A program made the position numbers and the translations under genes. 64,000 nt of DNA from a virus (lineage: Duplodnaviria > Caudoviricetes): IMG/VR virus record IMGVR_UViG_3300033513_000004, positions 2,053 through 66,052 of that record. The stretch is one strand, 5' to 3'. The notes beneath the pieces were generated by a model, which saw nothing but the letters and a program-made list of their open reading frames with translations, was not told where the DNA came from and searched no databases. This document shows, piece by piece, positions 29,761-38,546 of the stretch (position 1 is the stretch's first letter; the number at the start of each line of letters is the position of its first letter).

Positions 29761-29853
29761 CTAGGTTACTGCCATGACCAGTGTGTAACCGGAGAGGATG
29801 AGAAGGGTATAGCCGAGGATTATAAGGAACCAGTTGGTCCCGCAATGTCTCAT
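29761..29853 (-). CDS. 30-aa single-TM peptide (not in ORF track)
   Basis: MRHCGTNWFLIILGYTLLILSGYTLVMAVT*, aggag RBS. Confidence 0.45.
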   Translation of the reverse strand: MRHCGTNWFLIILGYTLLILSGYTLVMAVT

Positions 29854-29870
29854 GTACAATCTCCTAAAGG

Positions 29871-29943
29871 TGGTAGCGGGAGAAGGAATCGAACCTTCCT
29901 CGCACCGGGTATGGGCCGGTCGTCAACACCAGTTGGTCCCGCA
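29871..29943 (-). tRNA. atypical tRNA with CAU anticodon (Met/fMet/Ile2)
   Basis: Acceptor GCGGGA/TCCCGC, anticodon stem ACCGG/CCGGT with loop CC-CAT-AC, canonical T arm, and CCA. Deviations: 4-nt D loop, C8, C33, U1:U72. Confidence 0.65.
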
Positions 29944-29945
29944 AT

Positions 29946-29998
29946 TGGTGCCAAGCGATGGGAAGTACCATTCTTACCAACCCCTCGGTAGACTTGGC
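29946..29998 (-). ncRNA. 53-nt anticodon-less tRNA-like element ending in ACCA
   Basis: 7-bp acceptor GCCAAGT/GCTTGGC plus ACCA encloses two hairpins. It ends 2 nt upstream of the CAU tRNA. Confidence 0.45.
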
Positions 29999-30066
29999 GT
30001 AGTTCCCCATGGCCTATCCCCTTGAGCCAGCCTGCCATGGGGATCAGTGGCTGGTGTAGGGTACTA

Positions 30067-30651
30067 TCAGGATACATCAACCTGCCCCTTCGGTTGCTCA
30101 TCATTGAAGATCGTTTTCTTGAACAGGTATCCAGATGCCTTGTGGAAGATGACCACCCCTTCTGGGTTATGATAGCCGGGAGCGGCGAAGGAGCCCTCTA
30201 GCTGGAGTTTCTCAAGTGTGCCGTTGATAGCATCCATGAGGAAGGGTCCTTGGTATAGGACTGGGACCACCTCACAGCAGGTGGGTCTATCGGGGTTATC
30301 CGCCCACTTGGTTACATTGAACAGGGAGAACCGCTTCTCCTTCAGCCCGTATCCCCGGTTGATCTTCTGCCCCCACCATTCCCCGAAGTGGTGTCCCTTC
30401 CCGAGTTTCAGGAGTTCGCCTGCGTTGCAGTAGGCCCACGCAGCGAATCCATGGTTATCGTTCTCGGGGAAGATCCATCTAGTTCTAGACCCCACCAGGA
30501 ATGGCACCACCTTACCCGACTCCAAGGTAATGGGTGATAGATCCTCGGAGATATAGATACACCCGTTCGTACCGTCGATCTTCTCGGTAACGACGATATC
30601 CCTGGATAGCCTGGGGATCTTTCTGAACTCGACAAACTCAATCATAGCCAC
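30067..30651 (-). CDS. ATP-dependent RNA ligase (Rnl2-type nucleotidyltransferase domain)
   Basis: Motif I TEKIDGTN, FGEWWG, FSLFN, motif IV PEGVVI, and LFKK. Start may be the ATG at 30645. Confidence 0.8.
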   Translation of the reverse strand: MAMIEFVEFRKIPRLSRDIVVTEKIDGTNGCIYISEDLSPITLESGKVVPFLVGSRTRWIFPENDNHGFAAWAYCNAGELLKLGKGHHFGEWWGQKINRGYGLKEKRFSLFNVTKWADNPDRPTCCEVVPVLYQGPFLMDAINGTLEKLQLEGSFAAPGYHNPEGVVIFHKASGYLFKKTIFNDEQPKGQVDVS

Positions 30652-30655
30652 TCCG

Positions 30656-30684
30656 AATCTAGGTTCCTAGTCTGGATTTGTCAA
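30656..30684 (-). promoter_or_regulatory. sigma70-type promoter TTGACA-N17-TAGATT
   Basis: One of six promoters with identical hexamers. Lies directly upstream of the RNA ligase. Confidence 0.75.
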
Positions 30685-31313
30685 CTCCTATCCGCCATGG
30701 ACCCCTTGGTCTTTGCCCGGAAGAAGGTAGTGGTGGAAGACCCCCGACTCCTGGCGTAGTCTGCGATCCCCGCCGACATGATGATCCCCCCCTCTCGGGT
30801 CCCCTTGGCGTCGGAGTGGTAGGCCAGAACGTTCTGCGGGGGGATCTTCAGATCGTGGGAGATGTCCTCAAGATTCTGGTTGGCACCCATATATACGAAG
30901 GTCCACCTTCCCGTGGTCTTGAGACGCTGGATACGCTCTACCACATCTCCCTTGCTGGACACGGACATGTTCTCGTAGCCATCGGTTATGATGACCACCA
31001 GGACCGGGGTATCGGTGACTTCCTTGGACAGGGAGTCCAGATGGGTGCAGATGGAGTCGTAGAGGGCGGTTGTCCCTGTAGGTACGTAGTCCTCGGCAGT
31101 AAGAGGTTTGATCTCGGAGACCGGCTTCCTCCATAGTACGATCTTGTCGTCTCCTGGGTTATTGAACAGCACTAGCGAGATCCTCGCGTCCTGGTCCTTG
31201 GACTCCTTCTCGATGACCTGGACCTGCTCGTTGAAGTTACCGATGGTCTGGTCCTTGATAGCCAACATAGAGCCACTGGTGTCAAGGATGATTAGATAGT
31301 CGGTCTGGGTCAC
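30681..31313 (-). CDS. von Willebrand factor A domain protein
   Basis: MIDAS residues DTSGS...T(ALYD)...TDGYEN. Confidence 0.85.
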   Translation of the reverse strand: MTQTDYLIILDTSGSMLAIKDQTIGNFNEQVQVIEKESKDQDARISLVLFNNPGDDKIVLWRKPVSEIKPLTAEDYVPTGTTALYDSICTHLDSLSKEVTDTPVLVVIITDGYENMSVSSKGDVVERIQRLKTTGRWTFVYMGANQNLEDISHDLKIPPQNVLAYHSDAKGTREGGIIMSAGIADYARSRGSSTTTFFRAKTKGSMADRS

Positions 31314-31723
31314 TTGTTACCTCCCTTCCTCGAATGCAACATTGGCTTCGACTTGTCCTTGAGATGTGCGATCAGTGCCTTGACTGCGGCGACCTTCGGG
31401 TCTGCATCGTGATGCACCTTCCCATCCGGGGCCATGGAGCAGACACCATTGGGCAGGAAGTAGCGCCACCCTCCCCCTGACCACAGCAGGTCGATGTGGT
31501 ACTTCTCAATCAGGGGGCCAATGGCGGACCACCACTTGCTGAATAAGGGGATTCGCAAATGCTCCTCCTCCTCCACTACTTCATAGCCGAATTCTTCAGA
31601 GTATCCCGTCATGACCACATCGCTAGGAGGAATCCCCCAGTAACGAGTACGCGAGCCAGGATAGCGCGCGATGTCTCTCCACCCCAGCAGTTCCGCAAGC
31701 TGCACGTCGAGGGGGCGGGTCAT
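31310..31723 (-). CDS. phage ABA-sandwich-like domain protein
   Basis: LAELLGW...PLFSKWWSAIGPLIEK...AAVKALI. Start placed at the ATGA overlap. Confidence 0.5.
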   Translation of the reverse strand: MTRPLDVQLAELLGWRDIARYPGSRTRYWGIPPSDVVMTGYSEEFGYEVVEEEEHLRIPLFSKWWSAIGPLIEKYHIDLLWSGGGWRYFLPNGVCSMAPDGKVHHDADPKVAAVKALIAHLKDKSKPMLHSRKGGNK

Positions 31724-32127
31724 TTCGATGCCTCCACCCCACCGTGTTCCCTCTCGATGTAGATGTTGCCCTCGTTTCGTAGTTCCAACCACTCATGCCA
31801 ATGGCAATCCGATCCGAGGCAGGTGTTGTTCCTTGCCTCCTCGAATCGGTCCAGCACAGCCTTGATGTCCTCGTCGGTTGGAGTCTCCCTCCCGTGGGAC
31901 CTAGCCTCGTTGAGCGCCAGTAGCAGGACGAGTGTCTCATGTCGGTCTGTACCTGGGGTGAGGGCCTCCGTGATGTTCTTGGCGAGGTCGTCCTCCTTGT
32001 TTATGCAGTCCAACTTCACCTCCTTCCTTGTGCGGTGGAGTAGGAACTGGTGGAACAAACCGAACAAACCCATTTCTACCAACAAGATGGCGCAGATGAG
32101 CAGAATCCAATTACTTAGTCGGTCCAT
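31720..32127 (-). CDS. membrane-anchored hypothetical protein
   Basis: N-terminal TM helix (MDRLSNWILLICAILL...). Confidence 0.5.
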   Translation of the reverse strand: MDRLSNWILLICAILLVEMGLFGLFHQFLLHRTRKEVKLDCINKEDDLAKNITEALTPGTDRHETLVLLLALNEARSHGRETPTDEDIKAVLDRFEEARNNTCLGSDCHWHEWLELRNEGNIYIEREHGGVEASK

Positions 32128-32287
32128 GCATCCCCCCATCGAATCCACCAGGACCATTGGTCTTGTCCCAGTACGCCTTGGACCGCCCCCACTTCCAGAA
32201 AGCGAGTGCTGCTGAGGCGACAGTCCAAGCTCTACTCAACAGTTCAACCCACTCACCTTGCGTCTTCGGTAACTTGACCTTGGCCAT
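32111..32287 (-). CDS. small hypothetical protein (not in ORF track)
   Basis: MAKVKLPKTQGEWVELLSRAW..., aaggag RBS. Confidence 0.45.
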   Translation of the reverse strand: MAKVKLPKTQGEWVELLSRAWTVASAALAFWKWGRSKAYWDKTNGPGGFDGGMHGPTK

Positions 32288-32540
32288 GTCATATCTCCTT
32301 GCTATGATTCAACTTCTAGATCCAAGCCCAACCGTCTACGTACACGCTCGTATAACTGCTTCGGTACGCGGGATCGCTCCCGGGTCGTATGCTCACACAG
32401 GGAGATCCCAAGGGCACGTCTGTTAGCCCGATCAATGGCTCTCCCATGGTGCTCCTCGCGGGCTTGCAGTCGAGTGAGCACTACAGTCAGATCCCCCTCG
32501 GGATTGCGTGGGATGGGAAAGAGCCAACGCCAGAGGTGGA

Positions 32541-32999
32541 TCATCTCGCGATGTCCTCAGCCTTATGGATTGTCTCCCCCTTCGTCTCCGCGTCCAGGCA
32601 GTCGGCTTCCCACCTGAAACCACATAGGCAACGCATGTCGAGGTGTTCGTCGGTGCGATCATGGACCCTTCCCTCCTTACCACCACCACTAGGAATGTAG
32701 CAGACGCCGTTGGACTCCTGCCCGCACTTCGGACAGCGACGGTCAACCTGGCGTGGGACCCACTGGGTTGGGATGCTCCACGGGTACGAGGGAGGACCGT
32801 AGGCTCGTTGCTGTGCTGCCAGCAACTCCACCCTGTTCCACACACCGCGACTCTCCGGTTCTGGTGCTTCGTCCTCGCATTGGGATCCACGCGTATTCGG
32901 ACCATACTCGGTGAAGCACTCCGGGCATAGGTACTCGCACTCAACGGACACCCTTCCGCACCGGGCGCAGTGGTTCGGGGCTGCTGTGGTCTCGCTCAT
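32541..32999 (-). CDS. multi zinc-finger hypothetical protein
   Basis: CARC, CPEC, CPKC and H..CLC motifs. Confidence 0.55.
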   Translation of the reverse strand: MSETTAAPNHCARCGRVSVECEYLCPECFTEYGPNTRGSQCEDEAPEPESRGVWNRVELLAAQQRAYGPPSYPWSIPTQWVPRQVDRRCPKCGQESNGVCYIPSGGGKEGRVHDRTDEHLDMRCLCGFRWEADCLDAETKGETIHKAEDIAR

Positions 33000-33037
33000 T
33001 TCAGGGCCTCCTTCGTCTCGTCCACCGCACAGCGCAG
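32996..33037. repeat. 42-bp dispersed repeat, copy 1 (copy 2 at 48699-48740)
   Basis: 39 of 42 bases identical. Encodes LRCAVDE(T/M)KEALK* at a gene end. Confidence 0.8.
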
Positions 33038-33960
33038 ACTCCACACGTCCCGCACGATGTCAAACGACTGCATGAAGTCGCTTGGCTCCTGGCCGTCGAG
33101 GGCCTGCTTGCATGCATCTACCTGTGCCAACAGTGCACACAGGTAGCGTTCGCGGTCAGCTCGTTCCTTCACTTTAGAGCCTCCTCGATCTCGCGAGTCA
33201 ACTTACACGAGGCACACCAACAATCGCCACCTCCGGCAGGGATGCAAGCCTTCTTCAGGTCCAGTACCCGCCGCAGTAGCCCCTCCAGCTTGGCGATGCG
33301 CTCACGAAGTTGGCTCGAAGAATCCCTGGAGAGTAGTTCCCAGCTACTTGCCTTCTCAGTCACGACCTCACCTCCGCCCACCCTCCGCAGCATTTCTCCA
33401 AGACCTCCTCCATCTCGACGTCGTCGAGGTGTACACCGGCCCGGTACACCTCGTCTAAGTGGGTGCGTGCCGCTGTAAGCGATTCTTTGATGCGCGCGTG
33501 TTCTCGCTCTAAGTACAGCAGGTTCGAGACCGCGATCCGCAAGTCGAGGTAGGATCTCAGTGCTCGGTCAACCTTGGACTGCTTCATCCCTTCACCTCCG
33601 CGTCGATGCACTCGGGGAGGCGCACCATGCCGGTGATGAGGCTCCCGAAGAGTTTGCAGTAATGCCCGTCTTCGCCGTGCCCGCGGATGAACGTGCAGAA
33701 CGCCCCGCAGCGTGTCTCTGTAGCCCACACCGCGACGGGCGCCTTGAGGGTGCGTGTCGAGAAGTCGGATTCCTTAGTCACTTCTCCCCCCTCCGCGCGT
33801 AGATCCGCAGGCGGAACTTACTTCCCAGATACTGACTCCTGCACGTCCTCAGCTTCACCCGGATCTCCCATCTGGTAAAGCCGGTGCTTGCGGTGGGCCT
33901 CCACACCCCGTCCCAGCACTTCATCTCGACCACCCACAGGTACGGCTTGGTCTTCTTCAT

Positions 33961-34601
33961 TTCGCCTCCTTGCATCGTGTTCCCCCGCTCTACCCAAACT
34001 TGACCACCTCATTGGCGGCGGCGGCTCTCGCCAGCCCGTCTCTAAACCGTTTACAGGCAGGAAGGAAACCATCGTAGTCCGCCCGCGCGCTTCCACCGCG
34101 CATGGTACCTGGATCGGGCTTGCCCTCATACCCCTTGATGATCTCGTCCAGCCTCGCTGCTATCAGCGCTGCATCTACTGGAGAGATGTCCCCGTCGCAG
34201 TCGGAGTGCCTCAGCAGTTTGTGGATGGGGTCTGGGCGGAGCACCTCCCACTTCGTCCCGTAACCTTTACGGGGGTTGCCTTGTTCTTCAAAGCCCTCCA
34301 TGGTCTCAAGGTTGATTCCGAGGATGCGCGCTAACGTACATCTCCAGCGGTGGAAGGCGGAGTATGGTCCTCTCCAGCAATCGTGGCTAACGTAGAGTCC
34401 CATCACGACCTCCCATAGTTCATGGCTTCGCCTCCTTGCACGTCTTGGCATGCCTGCGTGCCCCACGAAGCATCGAATCGTCGCAGGTGTACTTCTTGGT
34501 CCATCCACAAGGGCAACTCGTGGTCCACGGCTGCTGCACATCGAACCCAACTCGGAACGAGAACTTCACTCGGGTCTTTGGTTTCACTTCGCCTCCTTGC
34601 A
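33961..34601. repeat. three copies of 14-bp gene-boundary repeat ttcgcctccttgca
   Basis: Exact copies at 33961-33974, 34427-34440 and 34588-34601. Confidence 0.8.
33990..34403 (-). CDS. phage hypothetical protein (HSDCDG motif)
   Basis: MGLYVSHDCWRGPYSAFHRWR...HSDCDGDI, ggagg RBS. Confidence 0.55.
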   Translation of the reverse strand: MGLYVSHDCWRGPYSAFHRWRCTLARILGINLETMEGFEEQGNPRKGYGTKWEVLRPDPIHKLLRHSDCDGDISPVDAALIAARLDEIIKGYEGKPDPGTMRGGSARADYDGFLPACKRFRDGLARAAAANEVVKFG

Positions 34602-35792
34602 GGCCCAGTTGGAGTCGCAGGTCCACTCCCGCCTCGTGCAGTGGTTGGTAAGCAGCTTCAGCACGTCGCCAGCACGGCTCACGTTGCCCGGGGCGAGACA
34701 CGCAGTCACCCAGAAGTCGGGAGACGATGGCTCGACGCGAATCGTGAATGCATTCCCCTCCTCCTGCCCAACCACGGTGCCAGGGCTCGCCGTGAAGGTA
34801 AGCCGCAGCGCGTCAGGCCCCGTGTCTGGCGACTCGCACCAACGACCCAAGCAGTTGACTTGGTAGTTGGTCCTGGTCCTGTCTTGCACGTTCGGCCCCG
34901 AGTCGCAGGGGTAGCCGTGGGCGGTGCCAAATCCCTGGGTCGAGTCCACACGGCACACCACCTTGCCGTTACGCCCTACATGGCAGGAGATGCCGGCAGC
35001 CAGCCGGATACGCGCGGCCGGGCATGTCTCAGGCGTCGGGCTTGGGATGGGCGTGGCACTCGGCGCTGGGGTCGCGGCTGGCATCGGAGTCGGCTGGGGC
35101 TCCGCGCACGGAACAGCCCACTGCGGAGGGCACCAACCGTGCCAGGACCACCCTAGGGGACCAGAGATCAGGGTCCCGCCGCGCACCCGGCGCCCGTAGG
35201 CATCGGAGCACCACTGCTCGGCCTGGGGGTCGTCGTACTCGCAGAGCAGGCCCTTGCGCAGGGAGAAACCCCGCCCGAGCCTCTCCGGCCAGTGCCAGCA
35301 GGAGGTGTCGTCGATGGGAGTGCCCAGGTCCTCGGCGTCGCAGCGCATGTTCGGGCGCAGGCTCGGCCCAGGACGCCCACTCCGCCAGCCGCAGGCCGAG
35401 GCTGCCACGCACACAGGCACGTCCCCGACCGTCACGGGGACGAATCCCAAGGGACAGGGAGGGGCTTTGACCGGCACGGGCTCGGCCGGCATCTGCCTCC
35501 CGCAGACGGTCTCGGGCGTCGGGGCGGGGACTGCCGGAGTCGGAGTTGGACTCGCTGACGGCGTGGCCTCCGGCTCCGGTGTCCCCATTGGGGTCGGCGT
35601 GGGAGTAGCCTCGGGCGTCGGCTCGGGGCTGGGGGATGGACTGGGCGTCGGAGATGGTTCTGGGGTCGGCTCCGGCGTGGGCTCAGCACGGCAGATCACT
35701 TGGCCATCTGGGCTGATTTCTGGGTACATACCATCTGGGCAGCAGCCACGAAGGCCCAGAATCAGGACGGATGACAGGATCAGGACTCGCAT
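34584..35792 (-). CDS. exported Pro/Thr-linker, Cys-rich protein, possible lipoprotein
   Basis: 402 aa. MRVLILSSVLILGLRG|C, two (EP/TP)n linkers, and Cys-rich domains. Confidence 0.65.
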   Translation of the reverse strand: MRVLILSSVLILGLRGCCPDGMYPEISPDGQVICRAEPTPEPTPEPSPTPSPSPSPEPTPEATPTPTPMGTPEPEATPSASPTPTPAVPAPTPETVCGRQMPAEPVPVKAPPCPLGFVPVTVGDVPVCVAASACGWRSGRPGPSLRPNMRCDAEDLGTPIDDTSCWHWPERLGRGFSLRKGLLCEYDDPQAEQWCSDAYGRRVRGGTLISGPLGWSWHGWCPPQWAVPCAEPQPTPMPAATPAPSATPIPSPTPETCPAARIRLAAGISCHVGRNGKVVCRVDSTQGFGTAHGYPCDSGPNVQDRTRTNYQVNCLGRWCESPDTGPDALRLTFTASPGTVVGQEEGNAFTIRVEPSSPDFWVTACLAPGNVSRAGDVLKLLTNHCTRREWTCDSNWACKEAK

Positions 35793-36059
35793 GATTCCTC
35801 CTCCTCAACGGGCTCGTACGTCCGATAGAAGTCGTCCGACTCTACTTTCGCTAGCCCCCCCGTCATCCTCCAGGACAATCCAGTCACCAAGTTCGGCGCA
35901 GACGCAGCCGTGGTGTCCCTTTGCGTTGAAGAAAGCACAACGCCCCTTGGGGTCATAGACTACACCTGGGAGGTGTAGCTCGCTGGGGTGAGAGGCATCA
36001 AGCACCACGCTGGTCAACTGCACCGCCTCTACCACGACCGGCTTCTTGCGGAACTTCAT
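35780..36059 (-). pseudogene. KFRKKPVVVEA-family phage protein with +1 frameshift in a G7 tract
   Basis: N-terminus MKFRKKPVVVEAVQ...GDWIV. The family-like C-terminus DDFYRTYEPVEE lies in another frame after the G7 run at 35855-35861. Confidence 0.55.
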
Positions 36060-36246
36060 GATTCCTCCTCAAACTCCAGTTCAACATCAACCTCCATGGG
36101 AATCAGCCCCCACAGGTCCAAGTTCTTGGTCTGGTACTTCCGGTCCAGCTTCTCTCGGTATGCTTCCCCGCGCTCTTGTGAGGAGAACGCCCCAAGCGGA
36201 AGACCTACGTTGTCGCAGACTAGGTAGACGGTGGTCATAGTCTACC

Positions 36247-36465
36247 TCACCAATCCTTCACCGCCATCGGAGCAAAGGAAACGTGGAACTGCGTATCGCA
36301 CATCCCACATCTGAAGGGTGCGTGGCGGTTCACGTCCAGAAGCACCTCGAATGGCGCGTCTGCCAAGGCGTACTCCGCCAACTCACACGGACCGCTCTTG
36401 GTCTGCGCCGGGTAATTCTCTCCGCAGGCTGGGCACGGGACTAACACGGTGTCGTAGAGCCCCAT
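36247..36465 (-). CDS. zinc-ribbon protein
   Basis: MGLYDTVLVPCPACG...QTKSGPC...CGMC. Confidence 0.6.
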   Translation of the reverse strand: MGLYDTVLVPCPACGENYPAQTKSGPCELAEYALADAPFEVLLDVNRHAPFRCGMCDTQFHVSFAPMAVKDW

Positions 36466-36468
36466 ATT

Positions 36469-36825
36469 CTACCTTTCCTCCTCTTTCTGCCAGTGGCCGT
36501 TAATCTGCACCTCGATACGAAGATTCTCTGGGGCCATTGCTTTGTCTGTATGCTCCTCGGCCAGGGCAACTCGCCCAAGGGTCCGGGCGGTCTCCATCTT
36601 GTGCCAGCGCTTCCACTCGGGAGTTTCCAGAAGGCGGCGGAAGGCGTTCACCTTGTTCTGCGCCTGGTCCCTGGAGTCTCTGGCTTCTCCTCGCGCCCCG
36701 CTGGGCTCGTGGATGAGGCGGACCCCGGACGAGACCTTGTTCTGGTTCTGTCCACCCTTTCCGCCGGAGCGGAAGGTCTGGATGGTGAAGTCCTTTTTGG
36801 TAACGCTGAAGAGAAGCTTCTTCAC
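36469..36825 (-). CDS. stand-alone GGQ peptidyl-tRNA hydrolase / release-factor catalytic domain (ArfB/PrfH-like)
   Basis: FRSGGKGGQNQNKVSSGVRLIHEPSG...SRDQAQNKVNAFRRL is the RF domain-3 signature. Confidence 0.85.
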   Translation of the reverse strand: MKKLLFSVTKKDFTIQTFRSGGKGGQNQNKVSSGVRLIHEPSGARGEARDSRDQAQNKVNAFRRLLETPEWKRWHKMETARTLGRVALAEEHTDKAMAPENLRIEVQINGHWQKEEER

Positions 36826-37029
36826 CTCACCACCTCCTTTACCGCGTCTTCCTGAGCTGGGCCAGCACCCTGGTCAAGTCCATGCTGGCACGACGGCAGG
36901 CCGAAGTCTGCGCTGTCCCGGTAATAGGCCCTGTCTCCTTCTTGCACTTCAGGGTGGCCAGAACGATTCTCGCCGCGTACTTGAACCTGTCGGCCTCGGT
37001 GATGGCCAACTCAAGCATCGTCGTATTCA

Positions 37030-37182
37030 TCATGAGTACCACCTCGGGACGTTCTCGAATGCTTCCCGAATCTCCTCGTCGCCGATGTAATCCAGCAATG
37101 CCGTGTCCGCTTCCCTGTGCCCCGTCACCGGGTCTTCATCCGAAAGCCGACGAAGGATCTCTAGCAACTCCTGTTTTGTCAT
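37030..37182 (-). CDS. small phage protein (paralog of 39105-39296)
   Basis: H.EAD.ALL.YI.D.EI.EAF..V..WY pattern. Confidence 0.55.
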   Translation of the reverse strand: MTKQELLEILRRLSDEDPVTGHREADTALLDYIGDEEIREAFENVPRWYS

Positions 37183-38546
37183 CCCTTCCTCCCGATCTCC
37201 CGAGCCCGGCGCTCGCACCAGCGGGCGAGCCAGATGTAGGCATCTACTCTAGCCCCGATGGCGACCGACGCCGTCAGCGTACGTGCTGAGGCCAAGGGCA
37301 TCTTGGCCGCTGTCTGCCGCGCCATCCTTCTCGCCCTCCGCGCCGCCGCCCACAGGCCGCAGCGCTTGCCTCGCTGGAATCCAAGCAGCATCAAGCCGGA
37401 CAACGGCCCACCATTTGGCTCCTGATCGGGTTCGCTGCTTGGCAGGACGATCCGCTTGCCTCGGGCGTAGGGGGTCATAGAGAAGGGTCTCCACCCAGGA
37501 TGGCCACGTCTCGTGCGTTGAATGGCTCGGAGCGCTTGAACTTGAAGTTCCTGGAGTTGTACTTCTTCAGACACCGGATAGAGCATACAGCCATGTTCCC
37601 GTCGGAGACCGACAGCCCGATTTCGATGCGCTTCCGCAAGCGCTCACCGCACACGCGGCAGTAGGGATCGTTCTTCACTTCTCTACCTCCACGACGTCTA
37701 CCTCTACCAGCCTCCAGTACCTGCGCTGTGCCCGCTTGATAAGCGCCCTGGTACTTACTCCCTGCCATTCGGAAGCCCAGGGCTCGCGGCACGAGTCCAA
37801 CGCCACCAGCCACGCGCCGACCGGTCTACGCCCGACCGAGTGCTTGATGAGTCCGGCTGGCGTCTTGATCGCGTAGAGCTTCATCCCCGTCCCTCCTCCT
37901 CCACTGCTTTCTTGTACACGTAGTACGCAGTACGAAGATCCTCTTCTGCCTCGTTCTGGCTTCTGCGGGCCTGGTCGTACACACGCTGAGCGTTGAGCAG
38001 TGTGGATACCGCGCAAGCCAGTCCTCGGAAGGCGTCAGCCTTGGCTACAGTCATCCGCGTCCCTCCAGCTTCTCCGGTCGTAGCGGTGGACCCTTCTTGA
38101 TGAGCAGCGTGGCCTTGAACACGGATGTGGCACCTCGTCCATAGTCACTGGCGGCTCGCTCTGCAACATCCTCTGCGCGTTCCATAGCAGAAGCTAGTTC
38201 TGTGTTGAATTCCAGGATTGCATCACGGTCTCGGGTGTGCCGGACGACGACGAACCCCTCGTGTTTGCGTGCGAACGGAAGATCAGGATAGGGTCCCTTG
38301 ACTGTGTAGAACGTAACGCGCTGCTTCATCTCCCTGTCCCCTCCAGCTTCTCGCGGAGATGCTTGAGTGCTGATAGGCTGGCATTCTGCTCTGTGTCCAA
38401 CACCGAGAGCACCTCCCGCGCCGCCTGGATCGTCTCCAGCGCCCAGGCGATGTCCTCCAGCATGGGACCCCGCCACAGGTAGTCTCTGGTTTTAGCCACG
38501 GGCGTGTTCTCGCCCACAGCTTCGAGCAGACGTTCCTCGGGGGTCA

